DNA of 64,000 nucleotides. Source: a virus. Its lineage: Duplodnaviria; Caudoviricetes. Shown here piece after piece: positions 41,308 to 51,421 of the stretch (within the stretch, counting starts at the first letter, position 1; the number at the start of each line of letters is the position of its first letter). The stretch is from the IMG/VR virus record IMGVR_UViG_3300043427_000994; one strand, written 5' to 3'. Under the pieces are notes generated by a model. That model was given only the letters and a program-made list of their open reading frames with translations. It searched no databases and was not told where the DNA came from. The position numbers and the translations under genes were made by a program.

Positions 41308-42497
41308 GAACTTGCTTTGAGAAGAATAATTTCTTCGTTGATGCGTCCGTTCATTCTTGCTTCAGTGGCATTAATATCATCTAAGAACTTACGCAACTGT
41401 ACCTTACCTGCGGCTTTGAACTCTTTGAGTTTGTCTTCGGGCTTACGAACAGTTTTCATAACGCTCTGACTTTCGTTGAAGCCGGTGATTGAAGTTCCCT
41501 TAATGCCCAATTCCATGTACTCGTTGGCCACATACTTGCCCAACTTACGACTCTTGGTATTATAAACCCACAGTTCCTTGCTACCAATAATGTCAGTAGG
41601 ATTAATTGACACAAGTTTCAAAGGTTCGTCACTCTTCTTGTACTTGAGTTTGGCAACAAGTTTATCTACACTCACAGCCTTCTTAGCACGTGGCTTGCGA
41701 TTAACTTTGGCTTCTTGTGCCAACATATCACAGGCACTCATAATCTCTTGATAAAACGCAATCAAGTTCTTAATCTGCTTCTTGCTACGATGACTGTAAC
41801 CTTCACGCAACTGCTCGTCTGCTTTTCCGCTAGCCAATTCTTCTAGTTCAGCCAAATCGCGTTCGTAGAAGCTCTTAATCAATCTTGCGTGTGCGGCTTT
41901 AACATCTTTGCCTTTGAGCAGGTTAAGAACTTTAAATGCTTTTGGATCAAAGTTTTCTGGATCAATTTGGAATCCTTCAATAGCATCTTCCAATTCTTCT
42001 GTCATACGAACTGCGGCTTCACGCATACGTTCTTGGATGCTGGGAACATAGACATCCTTTTTAACTTCGACCTTTTCTTCGCCTTCAGTGTCCAATTTAC
42101 CAGCGGCAATGGACTCAACAATCGCATTACGCAACCATTCGGCGCTGTCTTTGCCACCGTTAAAGTCACTGCGTTTTGGAGTCATTCCACGAAGCAGACA
42201 ACTGGCAATGGCACCCATTGTAGTATTGATACGGAAATCTTTAAGACGTTTGACAGCAAGAATGTCTTGTTTGGCGCAACCTACACTCTCCATCCATTTA
42301 ATTACCACAGGTTTATAAGTTTTGAGTTCGCATTCAAGACGGTACCAATCCATAGCACGACGGAAATGGCTGTAAAACTGATCAGCGCCCCAATTCTCAC
42401 AGCCTTCCCAATTTGGACTAGTATCTTTAACCGCTTTGGTACGATGAGCAATTACTTGCTTTTTTGTTACACGAGTTTTGGTTGCTGTTTTAGCCAT
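41304..42497 (-). CDS. conserved phage hypothetical protein (early gene)
   Basis: 397 aa; ELWVYNTKSRKLGKY block; own consensus promoter and SD AGGAG. Confidence 0.75.
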   Translation of the reverse strand: MAKTATKTRVTKKQVIAHRTKAVKDTSPNWEGCENWGADQFYSHFRRAMDWYRLECELKTYKPVVIKWMESVGCAKQDILAVKRLKDFRINTTMGAIASCLLRGMTPKRSDFNGGKDSAEWLRNAIVESIAAGKLDTEGEEKVEVKKDVYVPSIQERMREAAVRMTEELEDAIEGFQIDPENFDPKAFKVLNLLKGKDVKAAHARLIKSFYERDLAELEELASGKADEQLREGYSHRSKKQIKNLIAFYQEIMSACDMLAQEAKVNRKPRAKKAVSVDKLVAKLKYKKSDEPLKLVSINPTDIIGSKELWVYNTKSRKLGKYVANEYMELGIKGTSITGFNESQSVMKTVRKPEDKLKEFKAAGKVQLRKFLDDINATEARMNGRINEEIILLKASS

Positions 42498-42531
42498 TTA
42501 GTATGCTCCTGTTAATTAACTCAATAAACAT

Positions 42532-42560
42532 ATTATATAGTCACTCAGCCGAAATGTCAA
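42532..42560 (-). promoter_or_regulatory. sigma70-type promoter
   Basis: TTGACA (42555-42560) N17 TATAAT (42532-42537). Confidence 0.85.
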
Positions 42561-42831
42561 CCCCGCTCCAATGCAGTACAAACCAGTCCAAATCACGCTT
42601 ATTTTTGAACCAAAATTCATTAAAACTCATACGTCGAGCCCGTTTTGGCCATAACCAAGTCTTTAATACTGAGTAAATCCAATCTTGCATTTTTCGATAA
42701 TCTTCTTCAGAAAATGGTTCCTCAAACCCGTCCCATTCTGAAAATAAGTCGCCCTGCCCAGATTGGGTAATGTAAAATACTTCTAAAGTCCAGTATCCGT
42801 CTCGTTGATCTACTCGAAACTGCGGTTTCAT
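42541..42831 (-). CDS. hypothetical Trp-rich protein
   Basis: 96 aa; C-terminal WFKNKRDLDWFVLHWS. Confidence 0.65.
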   Translation of the reverse strand: MKPQFRVDQRDGYWTLEVFYITQSGQGDLFSEWDGFEEPFSEEDYRKMQDWIYSVLKTWLWPKRARRMSFNEFWFKNKRDLDWFVLHWSGVDISAE

Positions 42832-43136
42832 TAAAGAGTAAAGTTTATCTGTTTAATATTTTCAAATTTAAAACTGCGCCACTGATTTACTTCTAAATCC
42901 CAAACCGTACAAAGTGTATCAGAAGTTTTTGGATTTTCTACCAACGGAATAATTCCTTCTTTTAGAGTACATTTCATTTCTCTAATGGTTCCGTCGGTTT
43001 TTTTAAACATTACTTCTACGGTACTGTGCATTTTTAAAACTCCTAGTAACCAGGATCTAAATGTAGCACGTTCTCCATCGTCGGCAGTAGAGTACCATGT
43101 TTCATCAAATTCAACTAAATCATTTACATCTGTCAT
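42831..43136 (-). CDS. WYL_2-like (SH3/Sm beta-barrel) protein
   Basis: FKKTDGTIREMKCTL...VWDLEVNQWRSFKFENI; start corrected to 43136. Confidence 0.75.
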   Translation of the reverse strand: MTDVNDLVEFDETWYSTADDGERATFRSWLLGVLKMHSTVEVMFKKTDGTIREMKCTLKEGIIPLVENPKTSDTLCTVWDLEVNQWRSFKFENIKQINFTL

Positions 43137-43137
43137 T

Positions 43138-43695
43138 TTAAAACTCCATGTCTGCTGCCAACACATATCTATATTCTTTGCTTTGTGGTGGCATTGGTCT
43201 GTGATATATTTTTCCAGGATAGATTAACCAATTATCTTTTTTAGGACTCATTATTAGTCTGTCAGAATTTTCAACCCCATTTGGAGCAAACTCTGTTCCT
43301 GATTGATCCCAAACAGCATCACTAGGTATATGAAGATACCAAATACCGGATATAGTAGTTTTGCCGTCTGTGTAATGATGTGTATGCCAGAGGTTGTCTC
43401 TGTTTTCATCAATTTCGTTATTTGTCATAAAACTCCATGCTTGGAGATTATGTATGCTAACTTCTTTTCCAAGATACATAAAAACGCTAAAGATAAAACT
43501 CATTCTAAATTTCATCCATAGCGGATCTTTTAATCCAAAAAGATTTACTTGAGTTTGATATTTAGGACTGTTTTTAAAATACTGTCCAGAATCAATAATT
43601 TGAGTTATTTCTTTAATCGCAGATTTTTGATCGTTATCTGTGATCACAGAACTAAAATCAAAACTATCAAATTGTCCTTTATGGTCTATGTACAT
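43138..43695 (-). CDS. 2OG-Fe(II) oxygenase-like protein
   Basis: WHTH...ISGIWYL...GTEF...LIYPGKIYHRP...RYVLA. Confidence 0.7.
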   Translation of the reverse strand: MYIDHKGQFDSFDFSSVITDNDQKSAIKEITQIIDSGQYFKNSPKYQTQVNLFGLKDPLWMKFRMSFIFSVFMYLGKEVSIHNLQAWSFMTNNEIDENRDNLWHTHHYTDGKTTISGIWYLHIPSDAVWDQSGTEFAPNGVENSDRLIMSPKKDNWLIYPGKIYHRPMPPQSKEYRYVLAADMEF

Positions 43696-44288
43696 TATTC
43701 ACGTTTTTCGATAACCTTATCACAAAGACCATATGCTAGTGCGGCTTCTGCGCTCATAAATGTATCACGGTCCATGTCACGTTCAAAGTCGGCATAGGTC
43801 TTGCCTGCGGTATTATGTTTAACATATAATTCAGTGAGGCGTTTTTTCCAATACATAATCTCGTTATATGAAATCTCAATATCTGAAGCCATACCTCTAG
43901 CACCACCTGACGGTTGGTGAATCATATGTCGAGCGTTGGGCAATATCCAACGTTTACCAGGTGCTCCAGCCTGTGCTAGAAAACTGCCCATTGAACAGGC
44001 TTGACCCATAACAATGGTACAGACATCGGGCTTAATAAATCGCATAGTATCATAGATAGCCATACCAGCAGTAATAACACCGCCAGGACTGTTAATATAA
44101 AAGTAAATGTCCTTGTTTGGATCTTCACTTTCTAAAAACAACATCTGTGCTACAATAAGACTGGCACTGTGTTCGTTGACATCTGTGTCTAACATTACAA
44201 CACGATCCTTTAACAGTCGGCTATAAATGTCATAGGCACGTTCACCTTTGTTAGTTGATTCTACAACCATTGGCACTAAGTTTGGCAT
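43695..44288 (-). CDS. clpP: ATP-dependent Clp protease proteolytic subunit
   Basis: [25 protein letters not shown] (catalytic Ser), [22 protein letters not shown]. Confidence 0.96.
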   Translation of the reverse strand: MPNLVPMVVESTNKGERAYDIYSRLLKDRVVMLDTDVNEHSASLIVAQMLFLESEDPNKDIYFYINSPGGVITAGMAIYDTMRFIKPDVCTIVMGQACSMGSFLAQAGAPGKRWILPNARHMIHQPSGGARGMASDIEISYNEIMYWKKRLTELYVKHNTAGKTYADFERDMDRDTFMSAEAALAYGLCDKVIEKRE

Positions 44289-44289
44289 A

Positions 44290-44574
44290 TTATTCTACTC
44301 TCTCGTATGTTTGTTCAAAAATATCTGGTTTACAGGCATAAAACTCTCCCTGGATGCCTTTGATGATCCAATCACCTTCTGTGGCAATATGTTTGACAGT
44401 TAAGTGAACGCCGTCTTCTAATGTGCGTATTTCTGCTTCAGCCGGGTCACTGTTATGTTCTTTACGAATATTGCCCAGTGACTCTCCGCAGAATAATTCT
44501 AATTCAGCGATACAATCATCATTGAAAAAGAATTGGACTGCCTCAATTACTACAGGCTTCTTGCGAAATTTCAT
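44290..44574 (-). CDS. conserved phage protein (KKPVVIEA / GDWII family)
   Basis: [15 protein letters not shown]...[24 protein letters not shown]. Confidence 0.75.
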   Translation of the reverse strand: MKFRKKPVVIEAVQFFFNDDCIAELELFCGESLGNIRKEHNSDPAEAEIRTLEDGVHLTVKHIATEGDWIIKGIQGEFYACKPDIFEQTYERVE

Positions 44575-44575
44575 T

Positions 44576-45283
44576 TTATTTCCTAACTAATGTAAAATTG
44601 AAAAGTTTATAAAAATACATTTGATCTATTCTGTCAACATTATAGTTAGTGTCGAATGTAATTTCTGTATCTTCAGTAATTAATTGTTTGAACATTTCCA
44701 GCAACGGATTATCGTTAGCCACTTCAATGTTATAGAGATACTGATTGTCTGTAAACCAGAAACGATTAATATTTCGTTTCTGTTGTCTGCTAGAAGTAGT
44801 TTTTAAATATTTCAATACTAATTGACTTTTAACAGGCTTGTTTTGAAACCCACCGCGTACTAGATGTGGTACATCTGTGGTATTGTATTGTTTTTTGAAA
44901 TCGTCGTATACCATATCTTCTTCATAAAAGTAAGGAAGTTTATAATATATACCTACGTCTTTTCCTTCGCAGACATGAATACGATTTTCTAATAGGTAGC
45001 AAACTCGTCCCCTAAAGTCACTGATTTGTCTAGTATTAGTAAGATTAGTCCAAAAATATTTTTTACCATAATATTTTCTAATCTGTTCAGCCAGTGTTCT
45101 AGTATCATCTTTGATATTGTTTAATACACGGTCATCCTCTAAAGAGTAAAAGGCTCCAAAATTATGTTCCATTAATTCTTTTAGACTTACAGATAGAACT
45201 AACGGATCTTCCTTAAAATTGATTGATTTTTCTTTATACTCGGCGGAAAAAATATTATCAAATTCTGTAACTGTAATATTCAT
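44576..45283 (-). CDS. hypothetical protein
   Basis: 235-aa ORF coupled in the operon. Confidence 0.7.
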   Translation of the reverse strand: MNITVTEFDNIFSAEYKEKSINFKEDPLVLSVSLKELMEHNFGAFYSLEDDRVLNNIKDDTRTLAEQIRKYYGKKYFWTNLTNTRQISDFRGRVCYLLENRIHVCEGKDVGIYYKLPYFYEEDMVYDDFKKQYNTTDVPHLVRGGFQNKPVKSQLVLKYLKTTSSRQQKRNINRFWFTDNQYLYNIEVANDNPLLEMFKQLITEDTEITFDTNYNVDRIDQMYFYKLFNFTLVRK

Positions 45284-45519
45284 TATCTACCCTCTGTATA
45301 TTTTTGACCTTTTGGCCCGTTGCTAACAAAATCCATACCAGCCATGCGACCTTCGTAGACGCGACCATTCCAATTCATTAATAGTTTAACACTCTTATTC
45401 ATAACCACAGTTAAGTTACGACCTTCATTAAAAGCCATAACCTCTGCTTGAGCAATTCTACCAGAACTTTCTTGACGCACTTCACAGGTTGAATCGTATC
45501 TTACTTTAACATTACTCAT
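45283..45519 (-). CDS. hypothetical protein
   Basis: 78-aa coupled ORF. Confidence 0.65.
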   Translation of the reverse strand: MSNVKVRYDSTCEVRQESSGRIAQAEVMAFNEGRNLTVVMNKSVKLLMNWNGRVYEGRMAGMDFVSNGPKGQKYTEGR

Positions 45520-45914
45520 GGACTTGCTTGTACCTCCATCATTTCGCCAGCACTGTCATTGTGCTCTTTGGCAATCGATTCTAGTAAATCAAAGTTTTCT
45601 TCTGCTCGTTTGATTGCTTCATAGGCTTTCTTCAGCGCAGGATTATTTGCCACGGCCTGTTCTCTAGCCTGTTGTTTACTGCGTTCTTTACGAGCCCATT
45701 CAAACAGACTTTCTGCTTCAGGTGTAAGTTCAACAGTGGCATAACTTGTACTAAAACTTTTCCAACTCATGCCGTCATTGACTTCCATACAGTTCATATT
45801 CGGATTCCAACGAACCATGCCAGCACCTGCCGCTCCTGGACTTATATACGGATCACTGGCGGCCCCTCCACTAACAGTGATATATCTTCCCGAACTGTTA
45901 ATACCTTTAATCAT
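45516..45914 (-). CDS. hypothetical protein
   Basis: 132 aa; GMVRWN...MEVNDG.SW block and coiled coil. Confidence 0.7.
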   Translation of the reverse strand: MIKGINSSGRYITVSGGAASDPYISPGAAGAGMVRWNPNMNCMEVNDGMSWKSFSTSYATVELTPEAESLFEWARKERSKQQAREQAVANNPALKKAYEAIKRAEENFDLLESIAKEHNDSAGEMMEVQASP

Positions 45915-46357
45915 TTGTACTCCTTGTCTAAATCTACATTAGTCAGTCCTGCGACCATTTGAAACTTATCCCAAGCGGCTTTGGCCGATGGGTTCTTTTC
46001 TAATTCTGAACTAGGCAGAACTGTTTCCAGCCAAATCTCTGGACGCCGACTAGGATGTGCGCCAAACTGTCGAGGCTGATGAAACTTGCCTGACTCCCAA
46101 AGTTCAATACTTACGCTACGGAAGCGATCCTCGTCTTCGTCCTTATAGCCGTACCATTCTGGATTGCTACCGCCAAAGAATCCTCGCATCATGCTGGCAT
46201 CACTGCCGCCAGCATATCCTTGCCAAATGCCTTGCCATTGTTCGTCATCGCGGGGATCGAAGTTTGTACGAGCAATAATAACTAAAACATCGTTGATGTC
46301 TACTACACCATCGACTATGTCACGAACACATCGACTATAACTAAGTCCAATTTTCAT
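45911..46357 (-). CDS. hypothetical protein
   Basis: 148 aa; MKIGLSYSRCVRDIVDG and HQPRQFG blocks. Confidence 0.7.
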   Translation of the reverse strand: MKIGLSYSRCVRDIVDGVVDINDVLVIIARTNFDPRDDEQWQGIWQGYAGGSDASMMRGFFGGSNPEWYGYKDEDEDRFRSVSIELWESGKFHQPRQFGAHPSRRPEIWLETVLPSSELEKNPSAKAAWDKFQMVAGLTNVDLDKEYK

Positions 46358-47217
46358 TATACTTCCAATACTATGTTAGGGTTCCAGCCAGTGTCCTCGC
46401 TGTAACCATCGTTTTCGTAACCACGTGGGTTACAGACAATTCTAGCCTCGCCAATCACATAATCAAATGGATGATGTGTGTGACCATGTGTCCACAGTTT
46501 AATCTGTGGGTGATCCAAAATGAACTCACTTAGGTCACTGTGATAAGCACCATTCATTATACTTTCATGAGCGTACTGAGGATGAACACTTTGATGACTT
46601 GGACTGTGATGTCCAACTACAACAAACTTCCTATCAGGACGCTCTGTGATCGCGTGTTTGATATACTGTAGTGTTTCTCTATGACGTATGGCAGTGTCTA
46701 TGGGCTTAAGGTTAGTATAGCCTTTTTCATCATTTTTAATGATACGGAAATCGTTCATCATATCACGAACGGCATGAAGTGTCAAAGGGTCTCCTTTGTT
46801 CATGTCAGTCCAAAGTGTTCCACCTACAAAAGTCACATCCTCTAAATCAAAACAATCTCTTTCAAGAAAATGTACATTGGGAAACTTGGCACACTCGTCT
46901 CTAAGGTACTGAATTCCCTTAACCCATTTACCATGATAAAATTCATGATTGCCAGCGATATAAATTACATGCGGAAATTGAAATGAGCAACGCTTTAAAA
47001 AGTCGCGAAATCTCTGGGCGGCCATTTGTCTACGACCTAGGCCGGTACCATTGGCAATGGCCATTTGCTCCGCTGTGTTATTTGGCTCAGGGTGGTCGTG
47101 TAGATCTTCAGCAACCATAATGTCGCCGCCTAGAATTAGAACCTCACAGCCTTCATCGTTTTTGATATTGATGTCTGAGAATTCTAAATGGAGATCTGAT
47201 ACAAGTTTGATTTTCAT
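46357..47217 (-). CDS. calcineurin-like metallophosphoesterase
   Basis: SDLH, GGDI, GNHEFY, HH.P, GHTH, CNPRGY. Confidence 0.9.
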   Translation of the reverse strand: MKIKLVSDLHLEFSDINIKNDEGCEVLILGGDIMVAEDLHDHPEPNNTAEQMAIANGTGLGRRQMAAQRFRDFLKRCSFQFPHVIYIAGNHEFYHGKWVKGIQYLRDECAKFPNVHFLERDCFDLEDVTFVGGTLWTDMNKGDPLTLHAVRDMMNDFRIIKNDEKGYTNLKPIDTAIRHRETLQYIKHAITERPDRKFVVVGHHSPSHQSVHPQYAHESIMNGAYHSDLSEFILDHPQIKLWTHGHTHHPFDYVIGEARIVCNPRGYENDGYSEDTGWNPNIVLEV

Positions 47218-47223
47218 GTATGT

Positions 47224-47252
47224 ATTTTACAGTCATCGTATAGGTTTGTCAA
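47224..47252 (-). promoter_or_regulatory. sigma70-type promoter
   Basis: TTGACA (47247-47252) N17 TAAAAT (47224-47229). Confidence 0.75.
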
Positions 47253-47613
47253 CGTCATCGCCCCACTTTAAAGTCCAGTAGGTATAATCTTTGGCTGTTA
47301 GTTTGGCAGTAACAGCATAGGTATAATGATAGTTCATTGGTATTTGTTGTCTATGCCACATTGGAGTTTCCACAGCATGACTCATGACCCACTTGCCCAT
47401 TTCACTGTTTTGCCACTTTAACAAGGGCTCCGCGGCATACAAGTCAGGATCTTCTACATCGCCCATGTTAAATCGATGTACGATGACGTTTTTTATTTCA
47501 AAGACCTTGTCGCCAAAAACTTGATATTGATGTTTATATGTTCCGCTGGGTTTAGTTTGATAATCCTGTGTTGGCATGTCTCCAGAGAAATCTTCAAAAA
47601 AACTCTTAGACAT
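47233..47613 (-). CDS. hypothetical protein
   Basis: 126 aa; VHRFNMGDVEDPDLYAAEPL..WQ block. Confidence 0.7.
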   Translation of the reverse strand: MSKSFFEDFSGDMPTQDYQTKPSGTYKHQYQVFGDKVFEIKNVIVHRFNMGDVEDPDLYAAEPLLKWQNSEMGKWVMSHAVETPMWHRQQIPMNYHYTYAVTAKLTAKDYTYWTLKWGDDVDKPIR

Positions 47614-48112
47614 CGTCTGGTTTCGGGTTATCGATACTCCAAGGCCAACTGGTTCTAGGATCTGGTCTTGGTTTTAGTTTAACGTTTTCTTCAATAACAG
47701 TACCATCTTCATCACACAGGTCTACTTGATATGGCGCAATAATGTGTACCGCAGTGTCTTCTTCTTGCCAATCGTGATCACCGTCAAACAGCCAACCAGC
47801 ATTGCCTTCGTAATAGGCTTGCCGAATTTCTTCTTGTTCTGCTTCGGTAATATCGTCACTGAATTCAATTTCAATGTTGATGCTGTCATCAAACTCACAA
47901 CCCCACCCACAATCTGCTCGAGCATAGGCAACATCGTCGCCCTCCCAGGGAAGATTACAATCTAGATCACCTTCAACAAATCCTTGACCCCAGCGATAAG
48001 TTTCGTCAATGTTAAACCAACTAATACTACCATCGGCATTTTCTCGAAACATCTCTACATGATAGACAATGCTTTTCTTATGCAACGGTTTAATTACATA
48101 TACTTGACTCAT
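47606..48112 (-). CDS. acidic hypothetical protein
   Basis: 168 aa, Asp/Glu/Trp-rich. Confidence 0.7.
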   Translation of the reverse strand: MSQVYVIKPLHKKSIVYHVEMFRENADGSISWFNIDETYRWGQGFVEGDLDCNLPWEGDDVAYARADCGWGCEFDDSINIEIEFSDDITEAEQEEIRQAYYEGNAGWLFDGDHDWQEEDTAVHIIAPYQVDLCDEDGTVIEENVKLKPRPDPRTSWPWSIDNPKPDDV

Positions 48113-48234
48113 TACTCATCTCCGTAATCGTATAATATTCGCCAGTCAGTGGCAGTAAATTTATACATTCCAAAACGCTTGCCGCTAGGAAATTTTTTAC
48201 CACCATTCAAATAATACAATAATTTAGGTTTCAT
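48112..48234 (-). CDS. 40-aa hypothetical protein, below the track cutoff
   Basis: MKPKLLYYLNGGKKFPSGKRFGMYKFTATDWRILYDYGDE; ATGA and TAATG overlaps with neighbours. Confidence 0.6.
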   Translation of the reverse strand: MKPKLLYYLNGGKKFPSGKRFGMYKFTATDWRILYDYGDE

Positions 48235-48674
48235 TCTTCAAATCCTGAATTTTTCATTTCTCTAGCACGAATACGTTCTTGATAAGATTCTTCGTGTACA
48301 TCGCACAACGTACGAACCCAACCTCCACCGTGGCGTTCACCAGGGTTTCCACATTCCTCGCAAGTAACTCCGCTCATTGCTTCGGCCATACTAACTAGTC
48401 CACTGATATATTCATCACCGCCTGTGTAGTAGAAACGTAGTGTACCAAACTTTTCTTTAACTTGATCCAGTGTCACCTGTGGCACTGGTTTTCCTTGTTT
48501 TTCTTTCCAGTCAATATGATGTTGGATATTGTTCATAAGTTGATTCAAAATGTTGAACCAACCATCTCCACATTCAAACCCCCAACACATGGCTGTTTCG
48601 GTCATGGGCTTGTTACGATTAATCAGCATCTTTGGATACTTCTCACACAACAATTTATCTAGTTCTTCTCTCAT
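48231..48674 (-). CDS. conserved phage hypothetical protein
   Basis: GFECGDGW...QVKEKFGTLRFY...CEECG...W..TLC. Confidence 0.75.
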   Translation of the reverse strand: MREELDKLLCEKYPKMLINRNKPMTETAMCWGFECGDGWFNILNQLMNNIQHHIDWKEKQGKPVPQVTLDQVKEKFGTLRFYYTGGDEYISGLVSMAEAMSGVTCEECGNPGERHGGGWVRTLCDVHEESYQERIRAREMKNSGFEE

Positions 48675-49990
48675 ATTTTTTCTCCTGGTACAAAACCGCG
48701 GAATCCTTTAAACCTTGGAAAGCGCAGACTGTAAGAACCGTCTTGGTTTTGTGTAATAGCATCGGCACGTACTTCCACTATTTGCTCCAATAATTCAGAA
48801 CGTGAATTCCAAAATATATCACGGTCACTGTCAGTAAAACCGGAACCGACATTAACGACAATATCTTTTCCATCGTCTGTGCCGCCGCAGACAAAGGCGC
48901 CGAGACGGCCTTGATTGCGTCCGGTGCCTTCCTCGACATCCAATACACTAAGGGAAACTTCAATAAACGGTTTAAGTTTAAGCCACGCAACACTTCTTTT
49001 ACATTCATAAGGCGCATTTGGATCCTTTATCATAATACCTTCGTAACCGCCAGCGATTGCTTTAGCATTAATTTCTTTAAAACGACGCTGACCTTCTTCT
49101 GTGTCTAATTCTACTTCTTCGTTTTGTAAGTATGTAACATTAGGCAAATCTTCCTGATGTTTCTCTACCCATGCTCGAACAAATTTACTGCGAGTATCTT
49201 GATCCTTGTCCCAGTATCCTTCTTGGAACTTATCTAATGGACACAAGTCAAATAAATGAAGAACAGCGTCATTGGCGGCCACATCACTTTTGCGATGTAC
49301 CTGTTTCATTAGATCTTGAAAACTAGATGACATAATTTCACCGTCAAGAACAAGATCATACTTGGGCGGATCCTTCTTAACCACAGCACTAATCTGTTTA
49401 GTAATATGTTCAAAGTTTACTAGTTCTTTACCGTTACGACTGAACTGATCCACACGCCCATCGGTGCGAACAATAGTGATAACACGAACACCGTCTAGTT
49501 TAACTTCGATAAGTTTGCGACCCCCAACTTTAGATTCATGATTGGCACTGTCGTGTGCCAGTTGACAACTGAAAATAGGCACTGAGTATTCAGGCCATTT
49601 CTTTTCTACAACTTTATTAACAGTTTTTACATCAAAACCTGCCCGCATGTCTTTGATAAGAATTCGGCGATACCAATCGTTCCACTGTACTTGAGTCGAA
49701 GCACTGAGACATAATTCAACTGCTTTCTTAGCATCATTACCAGTGAGTTCACGTTTAGATAATTGATCCGCTAATTTAGCAAACGCTTCCCAGGGAAGAC
49801 CTTGACCGTCAGGTCCACCGTGACTAGGAACTTTCTTAACACCAAATGTAATCATCGAATCTAATGCTAGTCTAAGACCAGTAAACAATTCAGAATTAGA
49901 ATTTTGAGCTTCTCTACTAAGAATAGATTCTTTAGCCAAGCGACTATTGTCCGATTCTAATTCAGTAATAATTTCCCAAGGTCTGCGCAT
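48671..49990 (-). CDS. ATP-dependent DNA ligase
   Basis: KLDGVR (motif I), LDGEI, FD, EGIMIK, WLKLK, VGSGF, LRFPRF. Confidence 0.95.
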   Translation of the reverse strand: MRRPWEIITELESDNSRLAKESILSREAQNSNSELFTGLRLALDSMITFGVKKVPSHGGPDGQGLPWEAFAKLADQLSKRELTGNDAKKAVELCLSASTQVQWNDWYRRILIKDMRAGFDVKTVNKVVEKKWPEYSVPIFSCQLAHDSANHESKVGGRKLIEVKLDGVRVITIVRTDGRVDQFSRNGKELVNFEHITKQISAVVKKDPPKYDLVLDGEIMSSSFQDLMKQVHRKSDVAANDAVLHLFDLCPLDKFQEGYWDKDQDTRSKFVRAWVEKHQEDLPNVTYLQNEEVELDTEEGQRRFKEINAKAIAGGYEGIMIKDPNAPYECKRSVAWLKLKPFIEVSLSVLDVEEGTGRNQGRLGAFVCGGTDDGKDIVVNVGSGFTDSDRDIFWNSRSELLEQIVEVRADAITQNQDGSYSLRFPRFKGFRGFVPGEKI

Positions 49991-50016
49991 ATATACTCCT
50001 GATTTACAATACTGTT

Positions 50017-50045
50017 ATTTTACTGCCAAACCAAAACATTGTCAA
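50017..50045 (-). promoter_or_regulatory. sigma70-type promoter for the ligase operon
   Basis: TTGACA (50040-50045) N17 TAAAAT (50017-50022). Confidence 0.75.
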
Positions 50046-50736
50046 CTACTTTTACATAATTTAGTTGAGTCTCTGGTGTTTTGGATAGATAGTTAACGGT
50101 GTGCTTTTTTATACGGGCTCGAATCTTTTGTTGAGTTCCTGCCTTACCTAATTCAATTTTGTTTAAAAAACTAATTAAATGATTGGTATCTGTAATGGCT
50201 TCGTGACTATAACAGTTCAATTGAGGAATAAATTTAGTTTTAATATAACGAATACTTAGAGTAATAGTTTCACCTTCTTTACCTAAATATTCTTTAACAG
50301 TATCTTTAATTTGTTCTTTGATTTCTTTGGCAGTTATTTCTTTATCGTAGACCTGTGGAACACTGGCTAATACTCCAATATCTGATAGACCTACATTTTC
50401 TATTTGTGTGACTTGAAATACCCTACTCATATAATCGTTGAGATTATCACCGATTACTCCAAATGTAAGTCTTCGAAAATGTTTAATTATAGCGTCGGCC
50501 TGTTCTTGGTCTTCGGTGGTTGGATTGAAGTGTAAAAGATATCCACTATTAGCCAATGTTGGAAACAACTGATATGTGACCATGTCTTTATTGGTCCATC
50601 TTTGACTGCCATTGGGATCTTCAGAAAGATACGTGCTGGTACTGGTATATCCTTTTTGTCGATATACGCAACAGGCTATGGCTAGCACTGATTTTGTAGG
50701 AAATTTTTGATCAGATATTTTAGTTTGATTACTCAT
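50020..50736 (-). CDS. hypothetical protein with probable C-terminal OB-like domain
   Basis: Start set at MSNQ (50736); C-terminal beta-rich segment ending TQLNYVK. Confidence 0.65.
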   Translation of the reverse strand: MSNQTKISDQKFPTKSVLAIACCVYRQKGYTSTSTYLSEDPNGSQRWTNKDMVTYQLFPTLANSGYLLHFNPTTEDQEQADAIIKHFRRLTFGVIGDNLNDYMSRVFQVTQIENVGLSDIGVLASVPQVYDKEITAKEIKEQIKDTVKEYLGKEGETITLSIRYIKTKFIPQLNCYSHEAITDTNHLISFLNKIELGKAGTQQKIRARIKKHTVNYLSKTPETQLNYVKVVDNVLVWQ

Positions 50737-50974
50737 AGCCGGAGATTTGTTGATGTTGAAAAAGAATATTTTTACCAATTTCAAACAGACCAACGCCTCC
50801 GAGTGAATCTTTTACGCAGACGTGTATCTGTACTTCGCCATCTATGCCTATGCTAGATATAACGAATTCGTCAACTTGACCTTCTTCAATTTGGGAACGA
50901 AGATTATCAAGGACTTCTAAAAGATCCTCTTTTCTTTTTTTAGTACTACGCTCATTGATATTAATTACCTGCAT
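50729..50974 (-). CDS. hypothetical protein
   Basis: 81 aa; GLFEIGK block; own promoter. Confidence 0.65.
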   Translation of the reverse strand: MQVININERSTKKRKEDLLEVLDNLRSQIEEGQVDEFVISSIGIDGEVQIHVCVKDSLGGVGLFEIGKNILFQHQQISGYE

Positions 50975-51005
50975 TTCAATCCTTCGATTAAAAACTCATA
51001 AAACA

Positions 51006-51034
51006 ATTATAGTTTCATTAGGTAATTTTGTCAA
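51006..51034 (-). promoter_or_regulatory. sigma70-type promoter
   Basis: TTGACA (51029-51034) N17 TATAAT (51006-51011). Confidence 0.85.
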
Positions 51035-51035
51035 C

Positions 51036-51251
51036 CTACAGTCGATAGGTTATTCTGCCTTTGGATAGATCGTAGACGGATATTTCCGTTTTGACTCGAT
51101 CCCCGAGAATGATTTTGATTTTATTTTGGCGCAATCGGCCGTTGGTATAACAGATAATTTCTGATCCGGTTTCCAATTTAACACGAAACATGCTATTTGG
51201 TAAAACTTCAGAAACGGTACCCTCTAATTCTAGTAAACCGTCTTTGCTCAT
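51036..51251 (-). CDS. infA: translation initiation factor IF-1
   Basis: [19 protein letters not shown]...[29 protein letters not shown]. Confidence 0.93.
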   Translation of the reverse strand: MSKDGLLELEGTVSEVLPNSMFRVKLETGSEIICYTNGRLRQNKIKIILGDRVKTEISVYDLSKGRITYRL

Positions 51252-51421
51252 ACTTTAGTTAAGGTAATGACACCGTCCTCGGCTGTAACGTGTATTTTAT
51301 CGCCTTCTTTCCAACCCATTTGTTCGCAGATATCTGGTGGAATCTGCATTATAACATTTTCTGGATCGTCTGGAATTGGTTTGAAGATTTCGTTTACTTT
51401 ATAAGTTTTTGGTTCGGTCAT
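51248..51421 (-). CDS. AbrB/MazE-like small DNA-binding protein (57 aa, below the track cutoff)
   Basis: [33 protein letters not shown]; ATGA-coupled to infA. Confidence 0.7.
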   Translation of the reverse strand: MTEPKTYKVNEIFKPIPDDPENVIMQIPPDICEQMGWKEGDKIHVTAEDGVITLTKV

